Positions 37,240 through 46,820 of a stretch of 64,000 bases of DNA are shown here, piece after piece. Within the stretch, counting starts at the first letter, position 1; each line of letters starts with the position of its first letter. Position numbers and translations under genes: made by a program. The stretch is from Octopus sinensis (Eukaryota), in assembly GCF_006345805.1 (NCBI RefSeq), contig NC_043001.1:43338001-43402000 (forward strand). Reading direction: 5' to 3'. Under the pieces are notes generated by a model, which was not told where the DNA came from, made no database searches, and saw only the letters and a list, made by a program, of their open reading frames with translations.

Positions 37240-37700
37240 TCTGCACTGATTCCATGAACAAAGACCTTGAAACCATCCACCTCTAGATTTATATCATTTT
37301 TGTCTCCTCCATCATCAGACAGATTTAATCAGTGCACACACCAAGGAAAGATTCTTGCACCTTAAATCACAAAACATGAACAACACACTACTAGAATCTT
37401 CAAGAATGTCAGAAATAATAGGCTTTGCTATCCCTGAAGATCTTTTCTGGTAAACAAACATTCTTAATATGGTGAAGATTGCCTTTCTCTTCAGAGCCTA
37501 CTTTCTATATATCTTAGTTAATATCAACAATGGAGTCCTATTCCCACATCTAGGATGAAACTGTAGGTACACATACACACATCCTAAACTGCATCCAAAG
37601 AAATTTTACTTGACTGATTGACAGGAAGCTTTTAAGCAACACACTCTAATCTCTGCTTTACAGACATCTTGCTTCAACTCTTCACTATTTCTACCATTAT
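37240..37700 (+). mobile_element. Decayed CR1/Jockey-like LINE, post-RT fragment
   Basis: Reads ...ESYSHI*DETVG...ILNCIQ...SNTL*SLLYRHLASTLHYFYHYY, resembling the YCSHIW/LQSLAHRR/LFYRYY pattern. Confidence 0.5.
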
Positions 37701-37704
37701 TACA

Positions 37705-37960
37705 GGGGCTGCTGCACCTTAGTTCTGTCTGGCCTCATGCTTCCTCCACTCAAGAACTCCTGACACACATGTCATTCCATTTGTTCTCCTATATTGTTCC
37801 CCTCGTTTTGGGCTCCACACTAACTCATGTGTCCATCCTTCTTCCCAGAACCTCACCATTCTGGAACCCCTCTTTGAACATCTTTGCTTGTAGCTTTCAA
37901 TCAGCATGCATAGGTTCAAGATCAATGTTAATAACATTAATCTTACTGGCCTCAGAAGAT
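37705..37960 (-). mobile_element. RTE LINE 3' fragment
   Basis: Degenerate WxGHV...GRP...W pattern similar to 15700-15945. Confidence 0.45.
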
Positions 37961-39283
37961 CTGCAAAACAAATGAACGAAATTTAATTTTTGTAGGACAG
38001 GTTGAGTAGATCTTAATATGTTACTAACATGTATTTATTGATCTTTAGGTGTGAGATGACGGTAACTGATGAGTATTTACCCTGTGATTTATCAACTTTT
38101 GTTAAATGTTAACAATTAAAGTTGGCTTTAGTGGAACTGCAACTCAAACTGTACTTTTATTGGTTTAAAAACACTATGAGATTAAAAATATAATTAATTT
38201 CAATAAGGCAGTATATAAGATTAGATGTCAGGGGCTAAATATTTCCTTGTTTTCTGAAGAGAATGGCTAATCTTTGTGGTGCAGACATTACCATGTCGAG
38301 GACATGTGCTTGTTAGGACAAATATTTGTAATGAATTATATACTGCAAATAAATGAGAAAATATTATTATTTGAAACGGCCCTTTATTTTCATTGTTACA
38401 ATATAAGATACAACTTCTTCGAGATGCTGTTATAAAAGGATAAATTGCTGTTCAGCTTTCTAATCTTTAGGTAGTCAAATTCATCTTTTGTTGACTACTT
38501 GAAGATTGATGGAAAAGGAGAGAAAATATAAGAGAGTTTACCTGTGTTGACTGGTAGAGAGGGTGAAAGTTAAATGCTCCCTCTTTGACAGCACATAAGT
38601 AAAGGAAGAAACAGGGACGCTCTTTAATGGTCAGCCAAGAGAAGAAGAGCTAAAACCAATTTTGGGTTCTGTATTTATATTTTTTAAAACTAAATTAGGT
38701 GAGGTTAGAAAAAGGATTTTCTGTCTCTTATCTGCCTGAACCCTATTTAACCAAAGAATGTTAAGTTAAACAAGAAAACTTTACTAAATGTGACTGTTGA
38801 CTTTCATAAATTTTGTAAGTGCAGAGGCTGAAAACAATATGAAAGAAACAGGAAGAAAACTCTAGACTAGGTTTCAAATCTTGGCTTAGAATCTCGGAAG
38901 CGATTCATTACATATTCATTGATAGTGAGGCCTAACATTTGTAGAAATCTCATGCATCTAGTCAACTAATAGGTTGGATTAAATTCATCAAAGCTTTTGT
39001 AACTAGTTTCATTATATATGTAAGATCCAACAGCATTTGCATTTAATATTCCACATGCTCCTCTGAGGTATTTTCCTTCAACATATTATTGATATCCATA
39101 CTCAGCACCATACATTTCCTCTATTTTTCCTTAGCTCTATGATCAATGGATATGGTTGAGATAAATTCAGTTTGAGGAGCATTCTGCATACAAAATACAA
39201 ATAGTCTCACAATATATAGTCAAATTAAAAAGAATTTTCACCCAGATTCTTAAACATTCTCTCGGGAGAGTTTCCCTCTAAGG

Positions 39284-39568
39284 CAGTGATTTCCAATGTG
39301 GGACCTAGGAAAAGTGTGGTGGGTGTGGTGCTGTAGTTGTCAGGCACAAGATTCTCATTAAAGTGATTCACCATTTTATTTTTTTCTTAGTCAATAATGT
39401 ACTTTTTTTGTACTCAGTACTTAATAAAAGATATACTAGTAGATTCTTTTGTATTAAATAATTGTGGTGAAATATTAAAAATAAAGTTTTTTTTTCCAAC
39501 CACCAGTGGGCATTTATTTTTTGCAAAGTTATAGTGGAGCCTGGGGAAAAATAGGTTGGGAAATAATG
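39284..39568. mobile_element. hAT-type MITE with 8-bp TSD
   Basis: TIR CAGTGATTTCCAA / TTGGGAAATAATG. Flanks CTCTAAGG (39276-39283) and CTCTAAGC (39569-39576). Confidence 0.75.
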
Positions 39569-39829
39569 CTCTAAGCTATTTAAAAAAAAAAGTAAAAGCA
39601 ACAGGCAAGGTAAATAGTTCCAATAAAATCATTTAACTGGAATATGATAATGTTGACAGGATAGGATCTTATCAGGTAAAAATCAATAAGTAGCCCACCC
39701 ACCTCATACACCCAAACTGATAAGCATTCACAAAACTTTTAAAACAGAGAGTCATACATATACATACATACATGCATATATACATATACATACACACACA
39801 CACATACATACACTATATATATATATATA

Positions 39830-40470
39830 CTAGCAGTATCGCCCGGCGTTGCTCGGGTTTGTAAGGGAAATAACTATATAAGCATTTTTAGAGAGTTATA
39901 GCCAAAAAATAGCAAAAAATGCATTAAAAATGGAAAAAATATGATGGTAAATTTTTTGAAAAATCGTTGACTCATCGTAGACATTTTTAGAGAGTTACTT
40001 CCCTTATATAATAGCGAAAAAATGCATTAAAAATGGAAAAAAAACGATGGTAAATTTTTTTTTAAAATCGTAGACTCATGTAGACGCTTTCTTAGCCATT
40101 TCTGTTTTGGTGTCTTCAAGCCATGAAGTCGTTGTTCTAAAAGAACGCTGGTCTCCTTGACAACGCATTACGACGTTGATTTCCTTGCACTCCCTTCCCC
40201 ACAGGTGCAGGTGTGAGCGTGGACGCCAACTCCGCCGCCATCGACACATCGAAAAATTATGCATTAAAAATGGAATAAAAAATGATGTTAAATTATTTTT
40301 AAAATCGTAGACTCATCGTAGACACGCGCTAATACTCAGACGGGCTCGATATGAATCACAACTATAAGCTACCCGAATTTGGTTAAACTGCACCGCAAAA
40401 TGTGGGAGTAGTTAGGAATCTAAATCGAAGGGGACAGACACTCACACAACTACAGTTTTATATATATAGA
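39830..40470 (-). mobile_element. Non-autonomous Helitron, family H1
   Basis: On -: A|TCTATATATATAAAA ... CCCGAGCAACGCCGGG hairpin ... CTAG|T. Confidence 0.8.
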
Positions 40471-40544
40471 TATACATAGTGCAGTAGTGGTGAGATGTGA
40501 CAGCAAAGAAAAGCATACATTCACTCTCTGCATGCAATTAGACT

Positions 40545-40830
40545 CGGAAAGTTCGTGAGGAACCCATTGACCCAATTTGCTGACTTTTCCGATAGCACAC
40601 AGGTCTCAATGAATGGTTGAATGACCAAATCCAAGCTTCTCTGCTAGTTCCTCAACAGTTACGATGAGATTTTGTTCCACCAGGGTTTTCAGGATGTCCT
40701 TGTCGAGTTCTACAGATCTTTCAGGATGAGGCTCGTCTTCTAGGCTGTTCCAATATAGCTTTGAAAAAAATAGCTGTTAAAATCGAAATGCACTCTTCAA
40801 AACTTGCACTATGAATAAGGACAAGATAAA
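40545..40830 (-). mobile_element. mariner transposase N-terminal fragment
   Basis: Minus strand reads SLEDEPHPERSV...TVEELAEKL...KLGQWVPHEL (the mariner WVPHEL motif). Confidence 0.75.
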
Positions 40831-41094
40831 ATTACTACCTGCTTTTATAGCAAGTTAATATAAGTAGTTTATCCCATTCCTCTCTGACTTTTAGTTCAAG
40901 CTGTTGAAAAAACCGCATTATTATATATATATACATACATACATACATACATATACACACACACTCTCTCTCTCACACACATGCACACATTTGTATTCTG
41001 TTATTCTTTTATATGTTTCAGCCTTGAGGTTGTGGCCATGCTGGATCATGTGTGTGTGTGTGTGTGTCTATCTGTCTGTCTGTCTGTATGTATA

Positions 41095-41590
41095 TCTCTT
41101 ATTATAAAAGGCAGATTTTATCTGCCTCCCTTTGGGAGTTATACAAATCTACAATATAGGATTTCTTCAATTACAATTTACCTTGCATTTTTAAGAGTAC
41201 AATGCATCGCGTCATGCCAGGTCCAGTTTTTAAAATTTAAACTCCAGTTAAGCAAAATTTACAGAAAACTCACATTCTGGTGTGTGTGTCAAATGCTTTT
41301 CTTAGTCTGGTTTACAGCACACGCAAACGCACACACACAGTGGGCAACGAATAAAATGAAAGTAATTGACTTACTGTAGTGAGTGATTCTTTCACTCTGC
41401 CTCCCACTTCCTCTTTCCACACAGACACGCAAATATATAAATAAAATTGTAAGCTAACGTGCGTGTGTGTGAGTGGGTGTGTGTGGGTGTGCGCGTGTGT
41501 GTGTGTGTGAGGGTGCGCGTGTGTGTGTGTGTGCGTGAGTGTGTGACAGGAAAGTTTTTTTACTACGAATATAACACCTATATCCAAGTA
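41095..41590 (+). mobile_element. Helitron/Helentron-like non-autonomous element, family H2
   Basis: A|TCTCTTATTATAAAAGGCAGATTTTATCTGCC (5' TC plus subterminal hairpin). Inverted second copy at 43660-43961. The 3' end is uncertain. Confidence 0.55.
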
Positions 41591-41597
41591 GCAGAAA

Positions 41598-42076
41598 GAT
41601 AAGACAGTAAGGTGTGATTTGAGGGAGATCTGGCTGCTATTTCTACCATGTCTAGCTGCCATGTAGGGGTCTCCCTCATAGGCTCATACATACATATATA
41701 CATAGATAAGACAGTAAGGTGTGATTTGGGGGAAATTTGGCTGCTATTTCTACCAGGTCTAGCTGCCATGTAGGGGTCTCCCTCATAGGCTCATACATAC
41801 ATATATACATAGATAAGACAGTAAGGTGTGATTTGGGGGAAATTTGGCTGCTATTTCTACCAGGTCTAGCTGCCATGTAGGGGTCTCCCTCATAGGCTCA
41901 TACATACATATATACACAGATAAGACAGTAAGGTGTGATTTGGGGGAAATTTGGCTGCTATTTCTACCAGGTCTAGCTGCCATGTAGAGGTCCCCCTCAT
42001 TGGCTCATATATATATACATACATAAGACAGTAAGGTGTGATTTGAGGGAGATTTGGCTGCTGTTTCTACCAGGTC
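41598..42076. repeat. 107-bp tandem repeat, ~4.5 copies
   Basis: ATAAGACAGTAAGGTGTGATTTG units start at 41598, 41705, 41812, 41919 and 42022. Confidence 0.95.
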
Positions 42077-42397
42077 TGTTAGGCCTTCTCATGTAAACTC
42101 AAGCTTTCTCATGCCTTCAACATATGACCAAAGCAGAGAATGTATTCTTTTATTCTTCTGCTTTTTCCAGCCATTGGTCTGTGGCCATGCTGGGGCAATG
42201 CCTTGAAGAATTGTAGTTTAATGAATCAACTCCAGTTTTATTTTTGTAAGCATTGTACTTATTCTATCTGTTTCCTTTGTCAAACCACTAGGTGACAGGG
42301 ATGTAAACAAACCAACATTCGTTGTCAAGCAGTGGTGGAGGACAATCACAAGCACAGACACGCACACACACACACATACATGCATACACATATACAC

Positions 42398-42428
<31 letters not shown>

Positions 42429-42446
42429 TATGTGTGTATATATATA

Positions 42447-42704
42447 TTGCAGCGTGGAAGGTGTTTGTAAGCTATTTAAGAAACACACAAAAACCGTTAC
42501 ATTCACTTCAACATTTAAATTTAATTTGCCAAAATATTTTCGTCGCTTTCAGACCGCGACCTGTTCACTGACAAAAATATCATGCTAACAGGTCGCGGTC
42601 TCAAAGCGACGAAAATATTTTCACAAATTAAATTTAAATGTTGAAGTGAATCTAACGGTTTTTGTGTGTTCTTAAATGGCTTATAAACACCTTCAACGCT
42701 GCAA
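42447..42704. mobile_element. Near-perfect palindromic MITE (~120-bp arms)
   Basis: TTGCAGCGTGGAAGGTGTTT...GACCGCGACCTGTT [spacer] AACAGGTCGCGGTC...AAACACCTTCAACGCTGCAA. Confidence 0.85.
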
Positions 42705-42869
42705 CTGTTTTCATTCCAGCACACGATCTCAGATCAAGTCACTTGCTATGCAAGTACATCTCTGTAACTATATATATATTATATATATATATATATATAT
42801 GTATATTGGTAAAAACAGTAAGATAACAAAAGAAAGAAAGAGACCTCAATATTATGTAAATAGAGGAAA

Positions 42870-43264
42870 TCTTTATATATAAAAGTGAGGTTGTGTGTCT
42901 GTCTCCTATGATTTAGATTCCTAACTACTCCCACATTTTGCGGTGCAGTTTAACCAAAACCGGGTATCTTATAGTCGTGATTCATATCGAGACCGTCTGG
43001 GTATTAGCGCGCGTCTACGATGAGTCTACGATTTAAAAAAAAATTTACCATCAATTTTTCCCATTTTTAATCCATTTTTGACATATATAAGGGAAGTAAC
43101 TCTCTAAAATTTATTATTAAATCTCAGAACGTAAAAAGCTACAGTAACACCCCTCCCCCTTTGTGGTTAGCCATATTGAGATGGCTATTATACTTTACAT
43201 CTCTAAAAATGCTTATATAATTATTTCCCTTACAAACCCGAGCAACGCCGGGCGATACTGCTAG
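42870..43264 (+). mobile_element. Non-autonomous Helitron, family H1 (shorter copy)
   Basis: A|TCTTTATATATAAAA ... CCCGAGCAACGCCGGG (43237-43252) ... CTAG|T. Confidence 0.8.
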
Positions 43265-43265
43265 T

Positions 43266-43361
43266 ATGTATATGTATGTGTGTGAACAATAATATTTTCA
43301 ACAGATGTGTTGCAAATGTATCTGATTGTTCTCAAGCTTCAATACTGTGTGTGTGTGTGTA

Positions 43362-43392
<31 letters not shown>

Positions 43393-43515
43393 ATGTATGT
43401 ATGTATATGTATGTATGTATGTATGTGTGTATGTATGTGTGTGTGTATGTATGTATGTGTGTGTGTGTTGTATGTATGTATGTATGTATGTATGTATGTA
43501 TGTATGAGTGTATGT
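43266..43515. repeat. (TG)n/(TATG)n microsatellite field
   Basis: Seen directly. Confidence 0.9.
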
Positions 43516-43659
43516 TTACTTTATTACTAACACAAGCCAGTACGGTTATTTAATGTAAAGTCTTCCTCAAATCACTATCTCTGGCTATTTACTCTCTTCC
43601 AAGAACATTTTCACTCACACTTATGTGTTAGCTTCCCATACATTTTACTCATGTATCTA

Positions 43660-43961
43660 TCAGCGTGATAGAGAGAAACAAATATTACATCTAGTTTCAC
43701 TTTATTCGTTGCCCACTGTGTGTGTGCGTTTGCGTGTGGTGTAACCAGACTAAGAAAAGCATTTGACACACCACACCAGAATGTGAGTTTTCTGTAAATT
43801 TTGCTTAATTGGAGTTTAAATTTTAAAAACTGGACCTGGCATGACGCGATGCATTGTACTCTTAAAAACGGTAGGTAAATTGTAATTGAAGAAATCCTAT
43901 ATTGTAGATTTGTATAACTCCCAAAGGGAGGCAGATAAAATCTGCCTTTTATAATAAGAGA
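43660..43961 (-). mobile_element. Helitron-like family H2, second copy
   Basis: Reverse complement of 41095-41400. Confidence 0.6.
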
Positions 43962-44202
43962 TATATATATATATTAAAGTTAGATAAAGCAGGTTTACGA
44001 GATTATCATAGGTTTCACATCCACAAAGAGCTTGGCTTTATGGTGTATCATCAGATCCCTAAACCTGTTGGTTAAAGACCTCTCTAGTGAGTGGCCTCTA
44101 GAATATGGAGGAGAAAATGACTCTGTTACTGTGTCAACAAAGGGGATTGTCTTCACTTGGCTATCGATTACTAGTGACCCTGTTATCCCATGGGTTCTAC
44201 TA

Positions 44203-44720
44203 AGCTAGCAGGAATTTCTTGAAATGTAAGAAGAGTCTGAAGACCTCCATTCTGGAGTTCAGGATGGTCCCTGGGTTGCGGGAGTCCTTTAGGATCCTTG
44301 CCCATTCCACTATGCCTAATTTACAGCAGTTGGTTCCGTTATAGTAGGGAACAGGATTTTCCAGGATTCTCCATGATATTGTGTATGTAATCCTGTCGTC
44401 TATTAGCTGTCATGCATGGCTGGCTAATGATGTGATGAATCTCCTTTCTGGTATCCTGAAGGAGGATCTGTGGTTGGAGAGGTGTTGTTTGAACGAGTTC
44501 CTTGAACAGCCGATGTATCTCTGTGGTTGGGTGATGGCAGTGGTGTGTCTGTTGGTGTTGGCTATCACCATTGATGGAGGCACTCTCATTGCTGTTGTCG
44601 ATGTCTTAGTGATGTCTCTGCTGCTGTTTCTGTTAGGGATACTGCCATTGTTTATCTTTAATGTTATTGTTGTTTTTGCTGGTACTGCCACTGCTGCTAC
44701 TGGAACTGTGGACTAGGGTC
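44203..44720 (-). mobile_element. Penelope-like element GIY-YIG endonuclease fragment
   Basis: QPQRYIGCSRNSFKQHLSNHRSSF...TSLASHA*QL...YTISWRIL...PY...CCKL...LNSRME...FLLA*. One internal TGA (probably from TGG). Confidence 0.75.
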
Positions 44721-46011
44721 TGAAAGTTTACCACACCATAGTGGGTTACACCATGGTACCTCTGCTTTGTGACAGAAGTAGGAAGAATGAGTGAGAGAAA
44801 GAGTATAGTGGGGTTCACCCCACCCGCCGGAGCCTCGTGGAGCTTAGGTGTTTTTGCTCAATAAACATTCACAATGCCCGCTCTGGGAATCGAAACAGCG
44901 TTCTTACGACCGTGAGTCCACTACCCTAACCACTGGGCCATTGCGCCTCCACCCTGCTGCTGTAGATGTAGCCTTAAGGGAAGCTGTTGCTGCTGTTGTC
45001 ATTAGGGATACTGTCACTGCTGTCATTGATGTTGTTATTGTGATGAATCTCCTTTCCGGTATCCTGAAGGAGGATCTGTGGTTGGAGAGGCATTGTTTGA
45101 ATGAGTTCCTGGAACAACTGATGTATCTCTGTGGTTGGGTGTTGGCTTTGCTACCACCACTGTTGCTGGTGCTAGTGGAGTTGGCATCATTGGAGATGGC
45201 AATGGTTGGCAAAGGTGCCATTGTTGTTATTATGGTTTTTACCATTGATGTATAGAGTGGGTATATTGTCCAAAGTGGGCGGAGATAAAGATCATGGACT
45301 GCACCCCCTTTGCGATTTTTTTGGGGGGTGGGGGAGGATTTTATTTCTATATAAACACACATTATCGAGGGTGGAGATTCTGAATTTGCAAAAAAATCTG
45401 CATGTCATTGCTGTTGTAGATGTCATTGGCGATGTCTCTGCTGCTATTTCCGTTAGGGATACTGACGTTTGCTTATCATCGATGTTATTGTTGTTATTAC
45501 TGGCGATGCTGTTGCTGCTGCTATTGGAATTGTTGAGCCTGCTGCTGTCTTCTTCCAATCAGGACTCACGCCATTAGCCACAAAGAATAATCTCTAATTC
45601 GAGCCTACTCTAAGCTACTAAGAATGCGTGTGGCAACTTGAAGATCCACCCACGACACACAATAGACTGGCGGTTGCACGGGCATGAAAGCTACGTAAAT
45701 GGTGGCTTTTAACAGGTGGAGAGCTGAACTATCCTGGGGTACAGAGGATTCGCAATCTAGACTAGGGTCTGAAAGTTTACCACACCATAGTGGGTTACAC
45801 CATGGTACCTCTGCTTTGTGGCAGAAGTAGGAACAATGAGTGAGAGAAAGTTGTGGTGAAAGAGTATAGTGGGGTTCACCCCACCCGCCGGAGCCTCATG
45901 GAGCTTAGGTGTTTTTGCTCAATAAACACTCACAATGCCCGGTCTGAGAATCGAAACCGCGTTCTTACGACCGTGAGTCCGCTACCCTAACCTAGGGGTA
46001 CGACGGAATGT
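44714..46011. repeat. Direct duplication (44714-44932 and 45763-46011) including a SINE head
   Basis: CTAGGGTCTGAAAGTTTACCACACCATAGTGGG...CCGTGAGTCC.CTACCCTAACC occurs twice. Confidence 0.85.
45040..45250 (-). mobile_element. Second partial copy of the Penelope GIY-YIG fragment
   Basis: QPQRYISCSRNSFKQCLSNHRSSFRIPERRFIT in ORF 44904-45362. Confidence 0.7.
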
Positions 46012-46435
46012 TAGGTAACAATCTGATTGTATAACCCTACGCTCATCAGAGATAGCCAATATGGAATCCTCTGAGTGTGTACAACTTCCTTGAAATGAAT
46101 GACGTGTGCAACGTCCTGGAAATGAATGACATATGTACCACTCCTTGGAAATGTATGACAGAATTTTTTTTTTAGAATCATAATCTCTGTATTTTTCTAT
46201 GTATTTCACCCCAAAAGATGTTTTTAAAATGTGAAAATCTAAGAAATTCAGAGGTGGAGATTTAAATTTTGAAATGCAGATCTTTTTGCAGATTCAGAAT
46301 CTCCGCCCTCGATAATGTGTGTTTATATAAAAATAAAATCCCACCCCACCGCAAAAAAAAAAAAAAAATCGCAAAGTGGGGGGTGCAGTCCATGATCTTT
46401 ATCTCCGCCCACTTCGGATAATATACCCACTCTAT
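45255..46435. repeat. Inverted pair (45255-45400 versus 46272-46435) related to the GATTCTGAA repeat family
   Basis: GGGCGGAGATAAAGATCATGGACTGCACCCCC versus GGGGGTGCAGTCCATGATCTTTATCTCCGCCC. Confidence 0.8.
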
Positions 46436-46684
46436 TGACAGGTATACAACTGCATCTTTTTCCTGACTTATGGGACTTTTAGACGACTTACTTACGTACA
46501 CACACACGTGTATATAAAACAAAATAAATTAATTCTCATTCCTCAAACATCATTTCCATTTGTCGATGCAAAATATGCGCTTATGTCGAAAATATTACGA
46601 GAAGATCAAATATTAAAAATGCATATTACTTCTAATTGACTTTATTTAAATTTCGTTATCAGGTTTCGAATAGTTTTTACCCGG

Positions 46685-46778
46685 TCTCGTGAGAGGAAGT
46701 CAAACTTTGATGAGCCTACAACTTTTCATTGTTGAAGAGTTCCACAATTCAGTAAACTACTTCCTTTAGACGCACGTG
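46685..46778 (+). promoter_or_regulatory. FBL promoter candidate: TCTCGTGAGA, GGAAGT, TCT-like CTTCCTTT and an E-box
   Basis: TCTCGTGAGA 46685-46694 (variant of the TCTCGCGAGA housekeeping palindrome), ETS-like GGAAGT 46695-46700, CTTCCTTT 46760-46767, CACGTG 46773-46778. Confidence 0.45.
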
Positions 46779-46807
46779 GATTATTTAGTTCGCAATAATT
46801 ATCTGAA

Positions 46808-46820
46808 ATGGGTCCTCCTG
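46808..46820 (+). CDS. FBL: FBL exon 1, coding part
   Basis: ATG GGT CCT CCT G|gtaagt; the phase joins exon 2 as GFSPRGG. Confidence 0.8.

Noticed and set aside
41598-42076. Regular repeats resembling a CRISPR array (also 15126-15400)
   Set aside because: The whole units repeat with no unique spacers, there are no cas genes, and the context is eukaryotic.
43276-43553. ORFs made of VCVC/YIYI/HTHT runs (also 32435, 40904, 42218, 62912)
   Set aside because: These are translations of microsatellites.
46707-46806. TTGATGA...CTGA pair upstream of the FBL ATG as a C/D snoRNA
   Set aside because: The C box is imperfect, there is no terminal stem, and it overlaps the promoter and 5' UTR rather than an intron.
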